Part shown: piece after piece, positions 62,777 through 64,000 of the stretch
Layout: every line of letters starts with the position of its first letter
Numbering within the stretch: position 1 is the first letter of the stretch
Source: Blasia pusilla
Taxonomy: Eukaryota
Direction of reading: 5' to 3'
Length of the DNA: 64,000 bases
Assembly: GCA_050084515.1 (NCBI GenBank)
Contig: CM114271.1
Location: forward strand, 13,082,001-13,146,000
Notes under the pieces: model-generated
Told to the model about the DNA's origin: nothing
Database searches by the model: none
The model's input: the letters and a program-made list of their open reading frames with translations, nothing else
Program-made: the position numbers and the translations under genes

Positions 62777-64000
62777 CACAACTCCATTTTTTGTAAAACT
62801 TGGCAAGAGTGCTAGATGCATCTTGAAGACCGTGGTGGCCAAATTTCAGCTCAAGATGACAAAGTTGGACAAGATGAAAAATGAAAAAACCTCATTTTGG
62901 TAGAAGGTCTAATGATTCGAGTCCAAAAATGAGTTAGAAATTTTTGAGCTTTTGCTCACAACTTCATTTTGCCTGAAACTTGGCAAGAGTGCTAGATGAA
63001 CCTTGGGGATCATGTTGGCCAAATTGCAGCTCAAGATGATGTGAGAAAAGAGAAAGTGACAAAAGTCACTGAAATCTTTACAAAACTTAGAGATACAAAG
63101 TGGCCTAGTCCGTCAATGCGCTCACAAAAGAGCTTCGATGGAACCTGAACATGGAGATAACTCGACATACAAGAATACGCTACTGCTGCGGCTTCCAACT
63201 ATTTCACTAAACGGGAAATTGGGATTTTTTACCTATTTTTCTTCTTTTCTATTAATAGAATTTTTTTTCTGAGGGCTGTGCCCTTAGATCCCCGCACCCT
63301 GATGCAATAAAGGGTGAGATAATCCTAGCAACGCCACTCTATAAACCACCTACGTCATAATACTATGACTCCTTCGACGTCTAAGTCGGAACCATCAATC
63401 TAGGCTTCTCTTCATACAAGGGGGCTGATCAGATTAATGGTGCTAAGAGAAGTGGATATTGAGAATCCGACAGATGAAAAGTTGGACAAGATGAAAAATG
63501 GAAAAACCTTATTTTGATAGAAGGTCGGGTCCAAAAAGGAGTTAGTAATTTTTGAGCTTTTTCTCATAAGCTTATTTTGCCTAAAACTTCGCAAGAGTGC
63601 TAGATGCACCTTGGTGAACATGTTGGCCAAATGACAAAGTTGGACAAGATGAAAAATAAAAAAGTCTTATTTTGGTAGAAGGTCTGATGGTTCGAGTCCA
63701 AAAAGGAGTTAGAAATTTTTGAGCTTTTGCTCACAACTTAAATTTTCCTGAAACTTGGCAAGAGTTCTAGATGCACCTTGGGGACCATGTTGGCCTAATT
63801 GCAGCTCAAGAGGAAAAATTTAGACAAGATGAAAAATGGAAAAACCTTATTTTGGTAGAAGGTCTGATGGTTCAGGTCCAAAAACGAATTAGAAATTTTT
63901 GAGCTTTTTCTCACAACTTCATTTGGCTGAAACTTGGCAAGAGTGGTAGATGCACTATGGAGACCATGTTGGCCAAATTGCAGCTAAAGATGACAAAGTT
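62777..64000. repeat. ~179-180-bp tandem repeat, interrupted at about 63040-63470 and running off the window
   Basis: aaactt(g/c)gcaagagt..tagatg recurs at 62796, 62976, 63584, 63751 and 63930 (spacings 180, 167, 179 within blocks). Confidence 0.92.

Larger units (their letters stand above)
60726..62790 (+). mobile_element. Probable 5' part of a hAT-like DNA transposon: terminal motif, GC-rich subterminal repeats and a degenerate BED-finger ORF (62581-62796)
   Basis: CA(t/a)GGT(t/c)GCACGGAAAC(a/g)GACATG at 60726 and 60796. The ORF VKEHW...WQCKNYS...HSTQMIEHF fits a BED zinc finger with one Cys lost. Confidence 0.55.

Noticed and set aside
63672-63700. tRNA gene suggested by tggtaga...ggttcgagtcc
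   Set aside because: Spacing is too short for an anticodon arm, no cloverleaf forms, and it is part of a tandem repeat monomer.

Overview
Eukaryotic land-plant nuclear DNA with spliceosomal GT-AG introns; a non-seed plant such as a bryophyte is my inference from the TE content and is not proven. Three intact-looking host genes sit among nested, mostly decayed transposons: an EDA30/OFUT27-type O-fucosyltransferase-family gene (6566-10806, +), a VTI1-type Qb-SNARE (20971-23831, -) and a mitochondrial carrier resembling Arabidopsis At1g74240 (50153-54749, +). Mobile DNA includes three differently deleted copies of one intron-containing Helitron family, mini-Helitrons, a full-length chromovirus (37934-45280, -, ATATC target-site duplication), an older Ty3/gypsy remnant, two solo-type LTRs of one family, a second PIF1-like helicase relic, hAT remnants, a probable tRNA-derived SINE and a ~180-bp tandem repeat at the right edge. 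The most unusual item is a diverged duplicate of the start of the VTI1 last exon. It keeps its own splice acceptor and would encode a VTI1 isoform lacking the transmembrane anchor. I saw no CRISPR array, rRNA gene or genuine tRNA gene. Exon coordinates were read by eye, and family assignments come from remembered motifs, not database searches.
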